The translations under genes and the position numbers were made by a program. A stretch of DNA of 32,000 bases. It comes from Psychrobacter sp. HD31. Its GTDB lineage: Bacteria; Pseudomonadota; Gammaproteobacteria; Pseudomonadales; Moraxellaceae. The number at the start of each line of letters is the position of its first letter. Positions within the stretch are counted from its first letter, which is position 1. The stretch covers positions 1,560,001 to 1,592,000 of the forward strand of contig NZ_CP142525.1 of assembly GCF_051097895.1 (NCBI RefSeq). Direction: 5' to 3'. Shown in pieces: positions 11,436-22,281 of the stretch. The notes below the pieces were generated by a model. The model saw only the letters and a list, made by a program, of their open reading frames with translations. It did not search any database and was not told the origin of the DNA.

Positions 11436-13100
11436 ATGCAAAAGATATTACGAGCGTTGATTATTGTTGCTATGCTTATTACAACATGGTTGTTGGTCAT
11501 GGCGTGGCAAAAAGATTATTCTGGTGTAGACCAGAGTTCAACGCAAAATACAACGGTTACTACGACTGGTGACTTACCTTCAGTAAATAGTAACGCAGAT
11601 CTACCAGCTTCGAGTGTGCAACCAAAAGCTTCAGTTGCAGCATCGGTTGATAGTCAGTTAATTAATGTTAGTACAGATTTATACGATATTAAAATTAACC
11701 CTGTTGGTGGTGATGTTGTATTTGCCTCATTAAAAGATTATGACGCAAAATTAAATAGCAATAATCCATTTGTATTACTAGAAGAAAACAGTAATCGTGT
11801 TTATCTTGCTCAGTCTGGCTTGGTTGGTCAAAATGGTATTGACACAGCGCAAGGACGAGCAAAATATGACTATATTTCTAGTAACTATGCTATGGCTGAA
11901 GGGCAAGAGACCCTTTCCATACCATTAACTTATAGCAAAGATGGGGTAACGGTTACAAAAACATTCACCTTTACTCAAGGTAAATACCCAATTGAGGTTA
12001 GCTATAATATTAACAACAACTCTGCAAACACATGGCAGGGTCAAATGTTTGCTCAGTTAAAGCGTGATGATAGTAAAGATCCAGGTATGGCAGATAAAGG
12101 TGCACTAAGTATGGCAACCTTTTTAGGCGGTGCTTATGGCACACCTGATGACGATTATAGCAAACTTAAATTTAGCAAATTTAACGATGGCGAATTAAAT
12201 AATATATCAACAAAAGATGGTTGGGTTGCTATTATTCAACACTATTTTGTTGCCGCATGGACACCATCAGATAATGTTACTGCTAAATTATTTAGTAAAC
12301 AGACAGAAAATAACAATATTATTGGGTTTACTAGTGAGCCATTAACGGTAGCTGCCGGCACACAAAATACTTTTTCTGCCAAGTTGTATACAGGTCCAAA
12401 AGTTCAGGATAAGTTAGAAAACTTTGCTCCTGGCTTTGAAAAAACGGTTGATTATGGTTGGGCATGGCCGATTTCTAAGTTCTTATTTACAATTCTATCA
12501 GGCATTCATAGCTTTGTTGGCAATTGGGGTTGGGCAATTATTGCTTTAACATTGTTGGTTAAATTAGTGTTATTCCCAATTTCTCATAAGAGTTATATGT
12601 CTATGGCTAAAATGCGTGCAATTGCGCCTAAATTGCAAGCCATTAAAGACGAGCATGGCGACGATCGTATGGCTCAATCACAAGCAATGATGGCATTGTA
12701 CAAAGAAGAAAAAGTGAATCCAATGGCGGGTTGTTTGCCATTATTAGCGCAAATGCCAATCTTCTTAGGTTTGTATTATATGTTGGTAGAAAGTATTGAA
12801 CTTCGCCACGCACCTTGGATTGGTTGGATTCAAGATTTATCTTCAATGGATCCGTTATTTATTTTGCCAATATTTATGGGTATTTCAATGTTTGCACAAC
12901 AAATGTTAAATCCTCAACCGGCTGACCCAATGCAAGCAAAAGTAATGAAGTTTATGCCAATTATGTTTGCAGCTTTCATGCTTTTCTTCCCAGCTGGTTT
13001 GGTATTGTATTGGACGGTAAACAACTTATCTAGCATGGCGCATCAATACTATGTGAACAAAAAAGTTGAAAAAGCTTATAGCTCAACAACCGCCAGCTAA
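11436..13100 (+). CDS. yidC: membrane protein insertase YidC
   Basis: 554 aa with an N-terminal TM anchor, a large periplasmic domain and a C-terminal multi-TM core (WGWAIIALTLLVKLVLFPIS, GCLPLLAQMPIF, PAGLVLYWTVNN). Position is rnpA-yidD-yidC-mnmE. Confidence 0.95.
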   Translation: MQKILRALIIVAMLITTWLLVMAWQKDYSGVDQSSTQNTTVTTTGDLPSVNSNADLPASSVQPKASVAASVDSQLINVSTDLYDIKINPVGGDVVFASLKDYDAKLNSNNPFVLLEENSNRVYLAQSGLVGQNGIDTAQGRAKYDYISSNYAMAEGQETLSIPLTYSKDGVTVTKTFTFTQGKYPIEVSYNINNNSANTWQGQMFAQLKRDDSKDPGMADKGALSMATFLGGAYGTPDDDYSKLKFSKFNDGELNNISTKDGWVAIIQHYFVAAWTPSDNVTAKLFSKQTENNNIIGFTSEPLTVAAGTQNTFSAKLYTGPKVQDKLENFAPGFEKTVDYGWAWPISKFLFTILSGIHSFVGNWGWAIIALTLLVKLVLFPISHKSYMSMAKMRAIAPKLQAIKDEHGDDRMAQSQAMMALYKEEKVNPMAGCLPLLAQMPIFLGLYYMLVESIELRHAPWIGWIQDLSSMDPLFILPIFMGISMFAQQMLNPQPADPMQAKVMKFMPIMFAAFMLFFPAGLVLYWTVNNLSSMAHQYYVNKKVEKAYSSTTAS

Positions 13101-13121
13101 ATCAACCTGATTCTTTATAAT

Positions 13122-13157
13122 AAAAAACACCGTCTAATATTTAGTCGGTGTTTTTTT
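13122..13157 (+). terminator. rho-independent terminator after yidC
   Basis: AAAAAACACCGTCT ... AGTCGGTGTTTTTTT: an imperfect stem (CACCG/CGGTG core) followed by a 7-T run. Confidence 0.6.
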
Positions 13158-13205
13158 ATATGTCAAGGCATGTATAATATTCTTATATTTATTAGAGAAC
13201 AAAAA

Positions 13206-14597
13206 ATGATTCAAACTAACCGTTTACCAACCATAGCTGCAATTGCGACACCAATAGGTAGAGGTGGTGTTGGTATTATCCGTATTTCTGGGGCACTTGC
13301 TTACGATATTGCTTGTCGATTAACAAACAAAAAACAATTTACGGCTCGTAAATCGATTTTTTGCCGTTTTTATAATCAACAACAAAAAGTCATTGATGAA
13401 GGCATTGTTTTATATTTCCCTGCACCAAACTCTTTTACTGGTGAAGATGTCATAGAACTACAAGGGCATGGTGGCATGATTTTGCAAAATATGCTGTTGG
13501 CCAGAGTGTTTGAATTAGGTGCAAAACAAGCAACAGCGGGCGAGTTTTCATACCGTGCGTTTGAAAATGATAAATTAGATTTAGTACAAGCAGAAGCCAT
13601 TGCAGATGCGATTGATGCAACTAGCGAGGCAGCAGCAACCAGTGCAATGAGGTCTTTAACGGGTGAGTTTTCGACCAAAATTAATGGGTTGTTAGAACAA
13701 CTTATCCATTTACGATTGCATGTAGAAGCTGCTATTGACTTCCCTGATGAAGAAGATGTTGATTTCTTATCTGATGGTGTGATTGAGTCAAAACTAAATA
13801 ATACACGTGACGAGTTAACCAAAGTTTTAGCAACTGCAAAGCAAGGGCAGTTATTAAGAGATGGCATTAATGTGGTACTTGCTGGAAAACCTAATGCGGG
13901 TAAATCCAGTTTATTAAACCGCCTTGCAGGGCAAGAGCGAGCGATTGTTACAGAAGTTGCTGGTACCACACGTGATACGCTTGAAGAAACCATAGTACTA
14001 AATGGTTTGACCATGCATTTAACCGACACAGCAGGGCTGAGAGATACAGAAGATAGGGTAGAGCAAATAGGTATTGAAAGAGCTAAGGATGCCATAAGCA
14101 AGGCTGATATTTTGTTAATGGTATTTGATTTAACACAAGACATTAACCCAATTGAATTAGCAGAAGAATTATTTGGAAAAATTCCTAAAGCTGAAAAATT
14201 ATTAATGATAGGTAATAAACTTGATTTAATTGAAAATGGTGAGAGTGCTACTTATAAAAACAAAGCAAACTTTGGAAATGAAACTAACTATGATCAAGTA
14301 AACGTTTCATGTGAAACATCAACAGGTATTCATGAATTGATTTCAAGTTTATGTAAAAAAGTTGATTTTCACCCACCAGAGAATAGTTTAATTGCCCGTA
14401 CAAGGCACATAGATGCCCTAAAAAGGACCCAAAATCATTTAGATGATGCTTATGAGCAACTAACGGTTTTTAAAGCAGGAGAACTCGTAGCAGAAAGCTT
14501 ACGCCAAGCACAGCAAAGTTTGGGAGAAATAACAGGCGAATTTAGTGCTGATGATTTGTTGGGCAAAATATTTGGTAGTTTTTGTATAGGTAAATAG
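13206..14597 (+). CDS. mnmE: tRNA modification GTPase MnmE (TrmE)
   Basis: Has N-terminal IAAIATPIGRGGVGIIRISG, G-domain GKPNAGKSSLLN / DTAGLR / NKLD and the C-terminal FCIGK motif. The ATG at 13206 is preferred over the 12-codon upstream extension in the ORF track. Confidence 0.93.
   Translation: MIQTNRLPTIAAIATPIGRGGVGIIRISGALAYDIACRLTNKKQFTARKSIFCRFYNQQQKVIDEGIVLYFPAPNSFTGEDVIELQGHGGMILQNMLLARVFELGAKQATAGEFSYRAFENDKLDLVQAEAIADAIDATSEAAATSAMRSLTGEFSTKINGLLEQLIHLRLHVEAAIDFPDEEDVDFLSDGVIESKLNNTRDELTKVLATAKQGQLLRDGINVVLAGKPNAGKSSLLNRLAGQERAIVTEVAGTTRDTLEETIVLNGLTMHLTDTAGLRDTEDRVEQIGIERAKDAISKADILLMVFDLTQDINPIELAEELFGKIPKAEKLLMIGNKLDLIENGESATYKNKANFGNETNYDQVNVSCETSTGIHELISSLCKKVDFHPPENSLIARTRHIDALKRTQNHLDDAYEQLTVFKAGELVAESLRQAQQSLGEITGEFSADDLLGKIFGSFCIGK
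14304..14317. repeat. 14-mer, copy 4 (GTTTCATGTGAAAC)
   Basis: Inside mnmE (codons VSCET). Confidence 0.95.
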
Positions 14598-14652
14598 CCA
14601 TTTAAGCAACAAATAGATATTACAACTAACAATTAAATTAATAGGAAAGCTT

Positions 14653-15114
14653 ATGCATTGCCCATATTGTAATGCCACAGAAACAAAAGTGATTGATTCA
14701 CGCTTGGCAGCAGAAGGAGCTCAAGTTCGCCGTCGTCGACAATGCAATAGTTGTGAAGAACGTTTTACAACTTTTGAGATGGTTGAAGTTGTTATGCCCA
14801 GAATTGTAAAAGAAAGTGGGAAAATAGAACCTTATGATGGTGATAAGCTACGTCGCTCTATTATGTTGCCTTTACAAAAACGACCAATTAGCATTGATGA
14901 AACAGACGGCATGATAAGCCGTATAGAAAAAAGAATTAGGCAAATGGGTGAGCGGGAAATTAGTAGTAAACAATTGGGCGAAGTGGTTATGACAGAGCTA
15001 AAAGAAGTCGATGACGTTGCTTATGTCCGTTTTGCCAGTGTTTATAGAGATTTTCAAGATATTGAAGCTTTTCAGCAAGAGCTTGCCAGTATACGTCCAG
15101 AGTGTGAAAAATAA
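14653..15114 (+). CDS. nrdR: transcriptional repressor NrdR
   Basis: Has MHCPYCNATETKVIDSR...CNSCEERFTTFE (zinc ribbon) followed by an ATP-cone. 153 aa. Confidence 0.95.
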   Translation: MHCPYCNATETKVIDSRLAAEGAQVRRRRQCNSCEERFTTFEMVEVVMPRIVKESGKIEPYDGDKLRRSIMLPLQKRPISIDETDGMISRIEKRIRQMGEREISSKQLGEVVMTELKEVDDVAYVRFASVYRDFQDIEAFQQELASIRPECEK

Positions 15115-15116
15115 TA

Positions 15117-16175
15117 ATGAATGACTTGTATTTAAATCATAATTCCACTGATATTTACTATATGACGCTTGCTATTAATCAAGCAAAAAAAGCCATTTAT
15201 ACAACACGGCCAAACCCTGCTGTAGGCTGTATCTTGGTAAAAGATAACATGATTATTGGAGAAGGGTTTACCTCGCCTGTCGGCGGTAATCATGCAGAAA
15301 TAAATGCTTTAAATCATGCTAAAAACAATCATCATCAGGTTAACGACTCGACGGCTTATGTTACGTTAGAACCATGTTCTCATTATGGTAAAACGCCCCC
15401 TTGTTCAAAAGCAATCATTGAAGCGGGCATAAAAAGAGTTGTCATTGCAGGGTTAGATCCAAACCCAAAAGTTGCAGGGCGTGGCGTAAAAATGTTGCAA
15501 GATGCTGGTGTAAATGTGACGACTGGCTTATTAAGTGATCAAGCAGAGCAATTAAATAAAGGTTTTTTAAAGGCAATGAGAATAGGCATGCCTTATGTAC
15601 GGTTAAAAATTGCTACGAGTTTAGATGGAAAAACAGCAATGGCATCGGGTGAGTCTAAATGGATAACTGGAGTAGAAGCACGAGAGGATGTACAAAAAAT
15701 AAGAGCACTGAGTGGTGCTATTATAACGGGTAGTCAAACAGTTATTGATGACAACCCCAACTTAAATGTGCGTTCAAACCAGTTGGGTATTGATGTAAAT
15801 GAAATACCACAACCTAAAATTGCAGTTTTGGATAGACGAAATAGATTATCTGACAAAACAGATTATAAAATTTGTAAGAATGAGAACACTATTTTTTGTC
15901 ATGATGATGATCTAAAACAATTATTAAGTGATTTAGTGACACAATATCAAATTTATGATGTTATGGTAGAAGCCGGATCAAAAGTAGTAGGTTCATTTAT
16001 AAAACAAGATTTAATTGATGAGTTAGTTGTCTATCAAGCGCCTTGTTTACTAGGGGCTGATGCCAGGACAATGGCTGATTTTAAAATAAATCATTTATCA
16101 GGTCAAAAAAGGTTTAAATTAGTTTCACATGAAACTATGGGAAATGATTTAAAATTAGTTTTTACTAAGCAATAA
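15117..16175 (+). CDS. ribD: bifunctional riboflavin biosynthesis protein RibD (deaminase/reductase)
   Basis: Has deaminase zinc motifs HAEINAL and PCSHYGKTPPC, plus a C-terminal reductase domain. Conserved nrdR-ribD pairing. Confidence 0.92.
   Translation: MNDLYLNHNSTDIYYMTLAINQAKKAIYTTRPNPAVGCILVKDNMIIGEGFTSPVGGNHAEINALNHAKNNHHQVNDSTAYVTLEPCSHYGKTPPCSKAIIEAGIKRVVIAGLDPNPKVAGRGVKMLQDAGVNVTTGLLSDQAEQLNKGFLKAMRIGMPYVRLKIATSLDGKTAMASGESKWITGVEAREDVQKIRALSGAIITGSQTVIDDNPNLNVRSNQLGIDVNEIPQPKIAVLDRRNRLSDKTDYKICKNENTIFCHDDDLKQLLSDLVTQYQIYDVMVEAGSKVVGSFIKQDLIDELVVYQAPCLLGADARTMADFKINHLSGQKRFKLVSHETMGNDLKLVFTKQ
16122..16135. repeat. 14-mer GTTTCACATGAAAC, copy 5
   Basis: Inside ribD (codons VSHET). 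Palindrome extends to TAGTTTCACATGAAACTA. Confidence 0.95.
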
Positions 16176-16177
16176 AC

Positions 16178-16214
16178 AAAAAAAGACGACCCATATTTGG
16201 ATCGTCTTTTTTTT
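16178..16214. terminator. bidirectional terminator between convergent ribD and OMP gene
   Basis: AAAAAAAGACGA ... TCGTCTTTTTTTT: a stem flanked by an A-run and a T-run, so it is usable on both strands. Confidence 0.65.
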
Positions 16215-16231
16215 ATTGCTTGTTAACTATA

Positions 16232-16795
16232 TTAGAATTTTAGGTGTGCACCAATTGTCCAAAGGTTGGCATCAACATCATCACCAGCATCCATCATTCC
16301 GTATTCACCTTCGATAGAAAAGTTAGAGTTAATATCATAACCAAGACCTAATGCACCCGCGATACCTGTTTCATCAAGTTCTTTTTTAGCACCATTTTTG
16401 TAATTGGCTTCAGCCTCAACTTTTGCAACACCTAGTTTTGCTTTACCATATAAGCCACCTGTGTTTGCAAAGTGATGGCGGTAAGTACCGTAAGCACCAT
16501 ATTGTTTAGCGTTATATTCGCCTTTAACATTGCCATCTTTAATATCTGCATCTTCAGAATCAACGTATTCTGCTTCGATACCAAAGCCATTATTGAAGTT
16601 ATAACCACCATAAACACCATAAGCAGTTGGCTTGTCGGCATTATCAATATCTAAATCAAACTGACCTGCTTTAATGCCTATATATGGTTGACCCATTGTC
16701 ATTGCGTTAGTGTTTATGTGGTTACCTGCATTTGCAGTTGTTGCTAAAATAGTACCAGTAGCTAAAGCAAGTAGAGTTTTATTTAATGTATTCAT
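16232..16795 (-). CDS. small outer-membrane beta-barrel protein (OmpX/OmpW/opacity-like)
   Basis: Has signal peptide MNTLNKTLLALATGTILATTANA, alternating aromatic/Gly-rich beta-strand pattern and a C-terminal ...GAHLKF (terminal Phe). The AGGAGA RBS before the ATG at 16795 argues against the longer ORF-track start at 16840. Confidence 0.75.
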   Translation of the reverse strand: MNTLNKTLLALATGTILATTANAGNHINTNAMTMGQPYIGIKAGQFDLDIDNADKPTAYGVYGGYNFNNGFGIEAEYVDSEDADIKDGNVKGEYNAKQYGAYGTYRHHFANTGGLYGKAKLGVAKVEAEANYKNGAKKELDETGIAGALGLGYDINSNFSIEGEYGMMDAGDDVDANLWTIGAHLKF

Positions 16796-17053
16796 ATCGT
16801 TATCTCCTGAGTTGGTTATTAAATACAAGCGAACAATCATTTAATTTGCTAATCACCCAATGTGATAGTTATTTATTTAAATGAAAGAAGATGAAAAAAA
16901 AGAAAACATATAAATCATCTTGCTTGTTAACGATGAATACATAGTAACAGGATATTACCGAATGTATGTTCATTTTATACGATAAGTTTGTAATATACTG
17001 TTACATTTATTGCAGATAACTAAAAATTATTGCTAAAAAAAGCGATAAAGCAA

Positions 17054-17090
17054 TAAAAAGAGCTGTATTTATTAAATACAGCTCTTTTTT
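17054..17090 (-). terminator. rho-independent terminator after infC
   Basis: Perfect hairpin AAAAAGAGCTGTATTTA / TAAATACAGCTCTTTTT, 30 nt downstream of the infC stop, with T-runs on both strands. Confidence 0.8.
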
Positions 17091-17121
17091 AATCAATATA
17101 AATTTGATTGAGTCGCTAAAA

Positions 17122-17643
17122 TTACTTTCTTTTAGCTGGGCTTAACATCATACCCATTTGACGGCCTTCCATTTTTGGATGTTGGTCAACCGTTGCTAAT
17201 TCTTCAGTATCAGTAATCACACGTTTTAGTTGTTGCATACCAATTTCTTGATGTGCCATTTCACGACCACGGAAACGGATGGTTACTTTAACTTTGTTTT
17301 CATCTTCTAAAAAGCTAACAATTTTACGCAATTTAACCTGATAGTCAGCTTCTTCTGTACCAGGACGAAGCTTGATTTCTTTAACTTGCGTACGTTTTTG
17401 GTTTTTCTTTGCTTCTTTTGCTTTTTGTTTTTGCTCATACAGGTGTTTTTTATAGTCCATGACTTTACACACTGGTGGCTTAGCATTTGCAACAATTTCA
17501 ACCAAATCTAGACCTGCATCAGCAGCAGAACTTCGTGCTGTGTTGATGTCAACCACGCCAGCTTGTCCGCCATCTGCTAAAACAAGGCGGACTTCTTTGG
17601 CACGGATTTCATCATTGATGTTTAAACGGTTTGACTTTTTAAT
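17122..17643 (-). CDS. infC: translation initiation factor IF-3 (ATT start codon)
   Basis: The ORF-track version (144 aa from an internal Met) lacks the N-domain. The frame stays open upstream to ATT at 17643-17641, giving (M)[35 protein letters not shown]..., which matches the IF-3 N-terminus (INxEIRxxEVRL). The ATT lies 5 nt after the thrS stop. Confidence 0.88.
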   Translation of the reverse strand: MKKSNRLNINDEIRAKEVRLVLADGGQAGVVDINTARSSAADAGLDLVEIVANAKPPVCKVMDYKKHLYEQKQKAKEAKKNQKRTQVKEIKLRPGTEEADYQVKLRKIVSFLEDENKVKVTIRFRGREMAHQEIGMQQLKRVITDTEELATVDQHPKMEGRQMGMMLSPAKRK

Positions 17644-17648
17644 GGGTA

Positions 17649-19583
17649 TTACTCCTCATCTGTTTTTAGATTGTATCGACCCTTCTGGGCGACGGCTTTT
17701 TGTACTAGCTCGATAAAGTCTTCTACTGACATAACACCTAGGTTTTCACCTTCTCGAGTACGTACATTGACGCTGCCAGATTCGACTTCTTTGTCCCCCA
17801 ATACTAACATGAAGGGGATACGTTCTAGAGTTCGCTCACGTATCTTAAATCCAATTTTCTCATTACGCAAGTCACTAAAGGCACGAATGCCTACATTTTT
17901 AAGTTTTTCTACGACGTCATTACAGGTGTTAGATTGTTTGTCTGTAATGTTCATTACCACAACTTGATTTGGTGATAACCAAGGTGGCATAAAGCCGGCA
18001 TAATGCTCAATAAGCATGCCAATAAAGCGTTCAAAGCTGCCTAATATGGCACGGTGTAGCATCAGTGGCGTTTCTCGCTCGCCGTCTTCATTAACAAATT
18101 CTGCATCAAGGCGTTCAGGCATATTAGGGTCAACTTGGATTGTACCGCACTGCCATTTTCTGCCTAAGCAATCTTTTAATGTAAATTCAATTTTAGGACC
18201 ATAAAATGCCCCTTCACCCGGTAAATATTCCCAATCAAGACCAGAGCTGTCTAGCGCATCTGATAAGGCTTTTTCTGCCAAATCCCAAGATGCTTCTGTA
18301 CCAACACGTTTTTCTGGGCGAGTCGATAACTTCATTTCGATGTTATCAAAGCCAAAGTCTTTATAAACATTTAGAGTAAGGGCAATAAAGTTTGCTACTT
18401 CTTCTTCTAATTGTTTACGAGTACAAAAAATATGACCATCATCTTGAGTAAAACCACGTACACGCATAATACCGTGTAGTGAGCCAGATGGCTCGTTACG
18501 GTGGCACGAACCAAACTCAGCCATACGTAGTGGTAAATCACGGTAAGATTTTAAACCCTGATTAAATACTTGTACATGGCATGGGCAGTTCATTGGTTTT
18601 ACGGCGTAGTCACGGCTTTCACTTGAGGTGGTAAACATGTTTTCGGCATAGTTACCCCAGTGACCAGACTTTTCCCACAAGCTGCGGTCTACAATTTGTG
18701 GTGTTTTCACTTCATCATAGCCATTATCTTGCTGTAGTTGACGCATGTATTGCTCAAGTACTTGCCATATTTGCCAACCATTTGGGTGCCAAAAAACCAT
18801 ACCTGGCGCTTGCTCTTGTAAGTGAAATAAGTTTAACGCTTTACCAATTTTACGGTGGTCACGTTTTTCGGCTTCTTCAATACGAGTAATGTAGGCTTTT
18901 AATTGTTTTTTATCTGCCCAAGCCGTGCCATAAATGCGCTGTAGTTGCTTATTGTTTGAGTCACCACGCCAGTAAGCACCGCTCATTTTAGTAAGCTTAA
19001 ATGCTTTTAAAAAGCGTGTATTTGGTACATGTGGACCACGGCACATGTCAATGTATTCTTGATGATAGTACAAGCCCATTTCAGTTTCATCAGGCATCTC
19101 TTCAATCAGTTTTAGCTTGTAGTCTTCATTACGTTCTTCAAATACTTTAATCACCTCATCACGTGGTGTCATTTTTTTGATAACGTCATAATTTTGGTTA
19201 ATTAGATCTTTCATACGAGCTTCTATTTTGCTCATATCCTCTTGAGTGAAGGGCTTTTTACTGTATATATCGTAATAAAAGCCATCTTCAATAACAGGAC
19301 CAATCACCATTTTTACATCAGGGTATAACTGTTTTACCGCGTGTCCCATTAAATGAGCACATGAGTGGCGAATAATTTCTAACCCTTCTTCATTTTTTGA
19401 GGTAATGATTTCTACTTTTGCATCTGTGGTAATCAGATCGCTTGCATCACGTAAAATGCCATCTACACGCCCAGCAATGGTGGCTTTTGCCAAACCAGGA
19501 CCAATGCTCTCGGCGATTTGCATCACAGTGGTTGCTGCGCTGAATTCTTTGATATTACCGTCAGGTAAAGTAATCGCTACCAT
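17649..19583 (-). CDS. thrS: threonine--tRNA ligase
   Basis: 644 aa with an N-terminal TGS domain, editing domain ([10 protein letters not shown]), class II core ([30 protein letters not shown]) and C-terminal anticodon-binding domain. thrS-infC linkage. Confidence 0.96.
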   Translation of the reverse strand: MVAITLPDGNIKEFSAATTVMQIAESIGPGLAKATIAGRVDGILRDASDLITTDAKVEIITSKNEEGLEIIRHSCAHLMGHAVKQLYPDVKMVIGPVIEDGFYYDIYSKKPFTQEDMSKIEARMKDLINQNYDVIKKMTPRDEVIKVFEERNEDYKLKLIEEMPDETEMGLYYHQEYIDMCRGPHVPNTRFLKAFKLTKMSGAYWRGDSNNKQLQRIYGTAWADKKQLKAYITRIEEAEKRDHRKIGKALNLFHLQEQAPGMVFWHPNGWQIWQVLEQYMRQLQQDNGYDEVKTPQIVDRSLWEKSGHWGNYAENMFTTSSESRDYAVKPMNCPCHVQVFNQGLKSYRDLPLRMAEFGSCHRNEPSGSLHGIMRVRGFTQDDGHIFCTRKQLEEEVANFIALTLNVYKDFGFDNIEMKLSTRPEKRVGTEASWDLAEKALSDALDSSGLDWEYLPGEGAFYGPKIEFTLKDCLGRKWQCGTIQVDPNMPERLDAEFVNEDGERETPLMLHRAILGSFERFIGMLIEHYAGFMPPWLSPNQVVVMNITDKQSNTCNDVVEKLKNVGIRAFSDLRNEKIGFKIRERTLERIPFMLVLGDKEVESGSVNVRTREGENLGVMSVEDFIELVQKAVAQKGRYNLKTDEE

Positions 19584-19807
19584 AATTTTTTCCTTCTTTT
19601 TGTCCGTTGATAGTGATGATTGTAACTCTCAATCATATAATCGCTAGACTATGTTTTAAGTTCATTGATTGTTGCCATACCCTTTAAATACTTTTAACTG
19701 GTAATAATTTGGCAAATTAAAATAAAGCTTTAATTATATCAAACCTTTGTAATAAAGACCAAGTAACTAACATTTTGCATACAAGGTTTGATAACATTTT
19801 AGTACAC

Positions 19808-19841
19808 AAAAAACCGCTTTGTCTGGCAAAGCGGTTTTTTG
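19808..19841 (-). terminator. rho-independent terminator after pnp
   Basis: AAAAAACCGCTTTG tctgg CAAAGCGGTTTTTT: a perfect GC-containing stem with U-runs on both strands, 25 nt downstream of the pnp stop. Confidence 0.8.
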
Positions 19842-19865
19842 GATATGTTTTAGCAAATTAAAAAA

Positions 19866-21962
19866 TTATTGCTCAACACCTTTCATAGTAAGTTTGATAC
19901 GACCACGGTTGTCAACGTCTTGTACCAATACTTTAATTTTTTGACCTTCACTTAAGTGGTCACTCACGTTTTCTACACGTTCTTCACTGATTTGTGAAAT
20001 ATGAACCAAGCCATCTGTACCCGGTAAAATAGTAACAAAAGCACCAAAATCAACAATACGTGCAACGGTACCTTCGTATACTTTACCCACTTCTGCTTCG
20101 GCAGTAATGGCTTCGATTTGAGCAATGGCAGCTTTGCTTGATGCTTTGTTTTCACCAAAAATGCGGATTGTGCCATTATCATCAATATCAATTACTGCGC
20201 CTGTTTCTTCAGTAAGCTGACGGATAGTTGCACCGCCTTTACCAATTACGTCACGAATTTTATCTGAATCAATGTTGATTACAGCATAGTTAGGTGCATG
20301 CGCGTTTATTTCTGTACGGCTTTCTGCAATAACTTCGTTCATGGCATTTAGGATGTGGATACGTCCTGCATGTGCTTGTTTAAGCGCTTGTTCCATGATG
20401 TCAGCAGTGATGCCTTCAATTTTGATATCCATTTGAAGTGCTGTGATACCGTCTTTAGAACCAGCAACTTTAAAGTCCATATCGCCTAAGTGATCTTCAT
20501 CACCTAAGATGTCAGATAAAACAGCAAAACGCTCATCTTCTTTAACTAAGCCCATTGCAATACCGGCAACTGGTGCTTTTAGTGGCACACCGGCATCCAT
20601 TAATGCAAGAGATGCACCACAAACAGAAGCCATTGATGAAGAACCATTTGATTCAGTAATATCTGATACTATGCGGATCACATAAGGGAAGCGATCACTA
20701 TTTGGCAGCATTGCTTGAACACCACGGCGGGCTAAGCGACCATGACCAATTTCACGGCGTTTAGGTGCGCCTTCGCGACCTGTTTCACCCACTGAATAAT
20801 GTGGGAAGTTATAATGCAACATGAAGTGATCTTGTTTTGTACCTGAAAGACTATCAATTAGGTTCACATCGCGTGAGTTACCTAATGTTGTGGTAACCAG
20901 TGCTTGGGTTTCACCACGGGTGAATAATGCAGAACCATGGGTGTATGGTAATACGCCAACTTGCACATCTAATGCACGTACGGTTTCTAAATCACGACCA
21001 TCAATACGTTTGCCATTTAATACAGCATCACGAACAGTGCGGTATTTTAACTCATCAAACAAACCTTTTACTTCGCTTGCTTTGTCGCTATAGTCTTCAG
21101 CTTCTGGGTCGCCTGCTAGTGCTTCTAAAACAGCCGTTTTAACTTCATCAAGTTTAGCGTAACGGGCTTGTTTGTCGGTAATGGTATAGGCTTCGGCAAC
21201 GGCTTCACCAAATTGAGTTTTTAAGGCACTTTCTAAGGCTTCATTAACCTGAGGGGCTTCAAAAACTTGCTTTTGCGGTGCAACGGCATCGGCTAATGCT
21301 TGGATGTTGTCAATTACCACTTGTTGTTGCTCGTGTCCGTATAAAACAGCGCCAAGCATTTGATCTTCTGATAGCTCTTTAGCTTCAGATTCAACCATTA
21401 AAACAGCACCTTTTGTGCCTGCGACAACAAGGTCTAAATCGCTTTCAGCCAATTGATCATGCGTTGGGTTTAATACATACTCACCATTAACAAAACCAAC
21501 ACGTGCCGCACCAATAGGACCATTAAAAGGCGCATCAGAAATTGATAGGGCAGCTGAGGCACCAATCATAGCAGCAATATCAGCATCTTGAGATTTGTCT
21601 GATGAGATAACCGTTGCAGTGATTTGAATCTCGTTTACATAACCTTCTGGGAATAATGGACGGATTGGACGATCGATAAGGCGGCTAGTTAAAGTTTCAA
21701 ACTCACTAGCACGACCTTCACGCTTGCCATAACCACCAGGGATTTTACCCGCTGCATACATTTTTTCTTGATAGTTTACCGTTAATGGGAAAAAGCTTTG
21801 ACCTTCGTTTGCTTCAGCTTTTGCGACAACAGCAACTAATACAGATACGCCACCCATGTGTACGATAACGGTATTAGCCTGACGAGCAATACGCCCAGTT
21901 TCTAAAACGACTTGTTGATTGCCGTATTGAAATTCTCGTGTAATGGTATTAAACATTGACAT
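19866..21962 (-). CDS. pnp: polyribonucleotide nucleotidyltransferase (PNPase)
   Basis: 698 aa with two RNase PH-like domains, KH ([15 protein letters not shown]) and S1 ([18 protein letters not shown]) domains. Downstream of rpsO. Confidence 0.96.
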   Translation of the reverse strand: MSMFNTITREFQYGNQQVVLETGRIARQANTVIVHMGGVSVLVAVVAKAEANEGQSFFPLTVNYQEKMYAAGKIPGGYGKREGRASEFETLTSRLIDRPIRPLFPEGYVNEIQITATVISSDKSQDADIAAMIGASAALSISDAPFNGPIGAARVGFVNGEYVLNPTHDQLAESDLDLVVAGTKGAVLMVESEAKELSEDQMLGAVLYGHEQQQVVIDNIQALADAVAPQKQVFEAPQVNEALESALKTQFGEAVAEAYTITDKQARYAKLDEVKTAVLEALAGDPEAEDYSDKASEVKGLFDELKYRTVRDAVLNGKRIDGRDLETVRALDVQVGVLPYTHGSALFTRGETQALVTTTLGNSRDVNLIDSLSGTKQDHFMLHYNFPHYSVGETGREGAPKRREIGHGRLARRGVQAMLPNSDRFPYVIRIVSDITESNGSSSMASVCGASLALMDAGVPLKAPVAGIAMGLVKEDERFAVLSDILGDEDHLGDMDFKVAGSKDGITALQMDIKIEGITADIMEQALKQAHAGRIHILNAMNEVIAESRTEINAHAPNYAVINIDSDKIRDVIGKGGATIRQLTEETGAVIDIDDNGTIRIFGENKASSKAAIAQIEAITAEAEVGKVYEGTVARIVDFGAFVTILPGTDGLVHISQISEERVENVSDHLSEGQKIKVLVQDVDNRGRIKLTMKGVEQ

Positions 21963-21992
21963 TTATTGTTCCTAATATTTAAAAAATTATAA

Positions 21993-22006
21993 GTTTCATG
22001 TGAAAC
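21993..22006. repeat. 14-mer, copy 6 (GTTTCATGTGAAAC)
   Basis: Intergenic, 31 nt upstream of the pnp start codon, so within the pnp 5' leader. Confidence 0.95.
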
Positions 22007-22228
22007 AGCTGAATATTAATCATGTTATCAGCTTTATTTTTGTATATTTTGACTTAATATTTAGCCTCTAACGGTTATAGATTTTTGTTTTTTAAATAAA
22101 AACAAACCCACAAGCGTTAGAAGCCAGCCTAAAAATACACACTTCCATTTTACCTTTATTTAAGCATTTTTACTATTGATTAATAAATATTGCTGATAAA
22201 AGTATCTAACTAGATTAAGTTAAAATAC

Positions 22229-22259
22229 AAAAAACGGCGAGAATCCACATTCTCACCGT
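22229..22259 (-). terminator. rpsO terminator/attenuator
   Basis: Minus strand has ACGGTGAGAAT gtgg ATTCTCGCCGT followed by TTTTTTG. It begins ~22 nt after the rpsO stop. Confidence 0.7.
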
Positions 22260-22281
22260 TTTAAAAACTATTCGCTATATA

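Noticed and set aside
13376-14143. 255-aa ORF on the minus strand
   Set aside because: It lies entirely antisense within mnmE, whose product has clear GTPase motifs. The antisense translation is Ser/Ala/Cys-rich and low-complexity with no motifs. This is a typical shadow ORF.
16432-16654. Small ORFs 16432-16647 (-) and 16472-16654 (+)
   Set aside because: They are alternative-frame or antisense ORFs inside the OMP gene and are low-complexity translations.
22024-22202. Long-range pairing TTATCAGC / GCTGATAA in the pnp leader
   Set aside because: It is a single 8-nt complement ~160 nt apart in AT-rich DNA and is compatible with chance. There are no supporting adjacent pairs.
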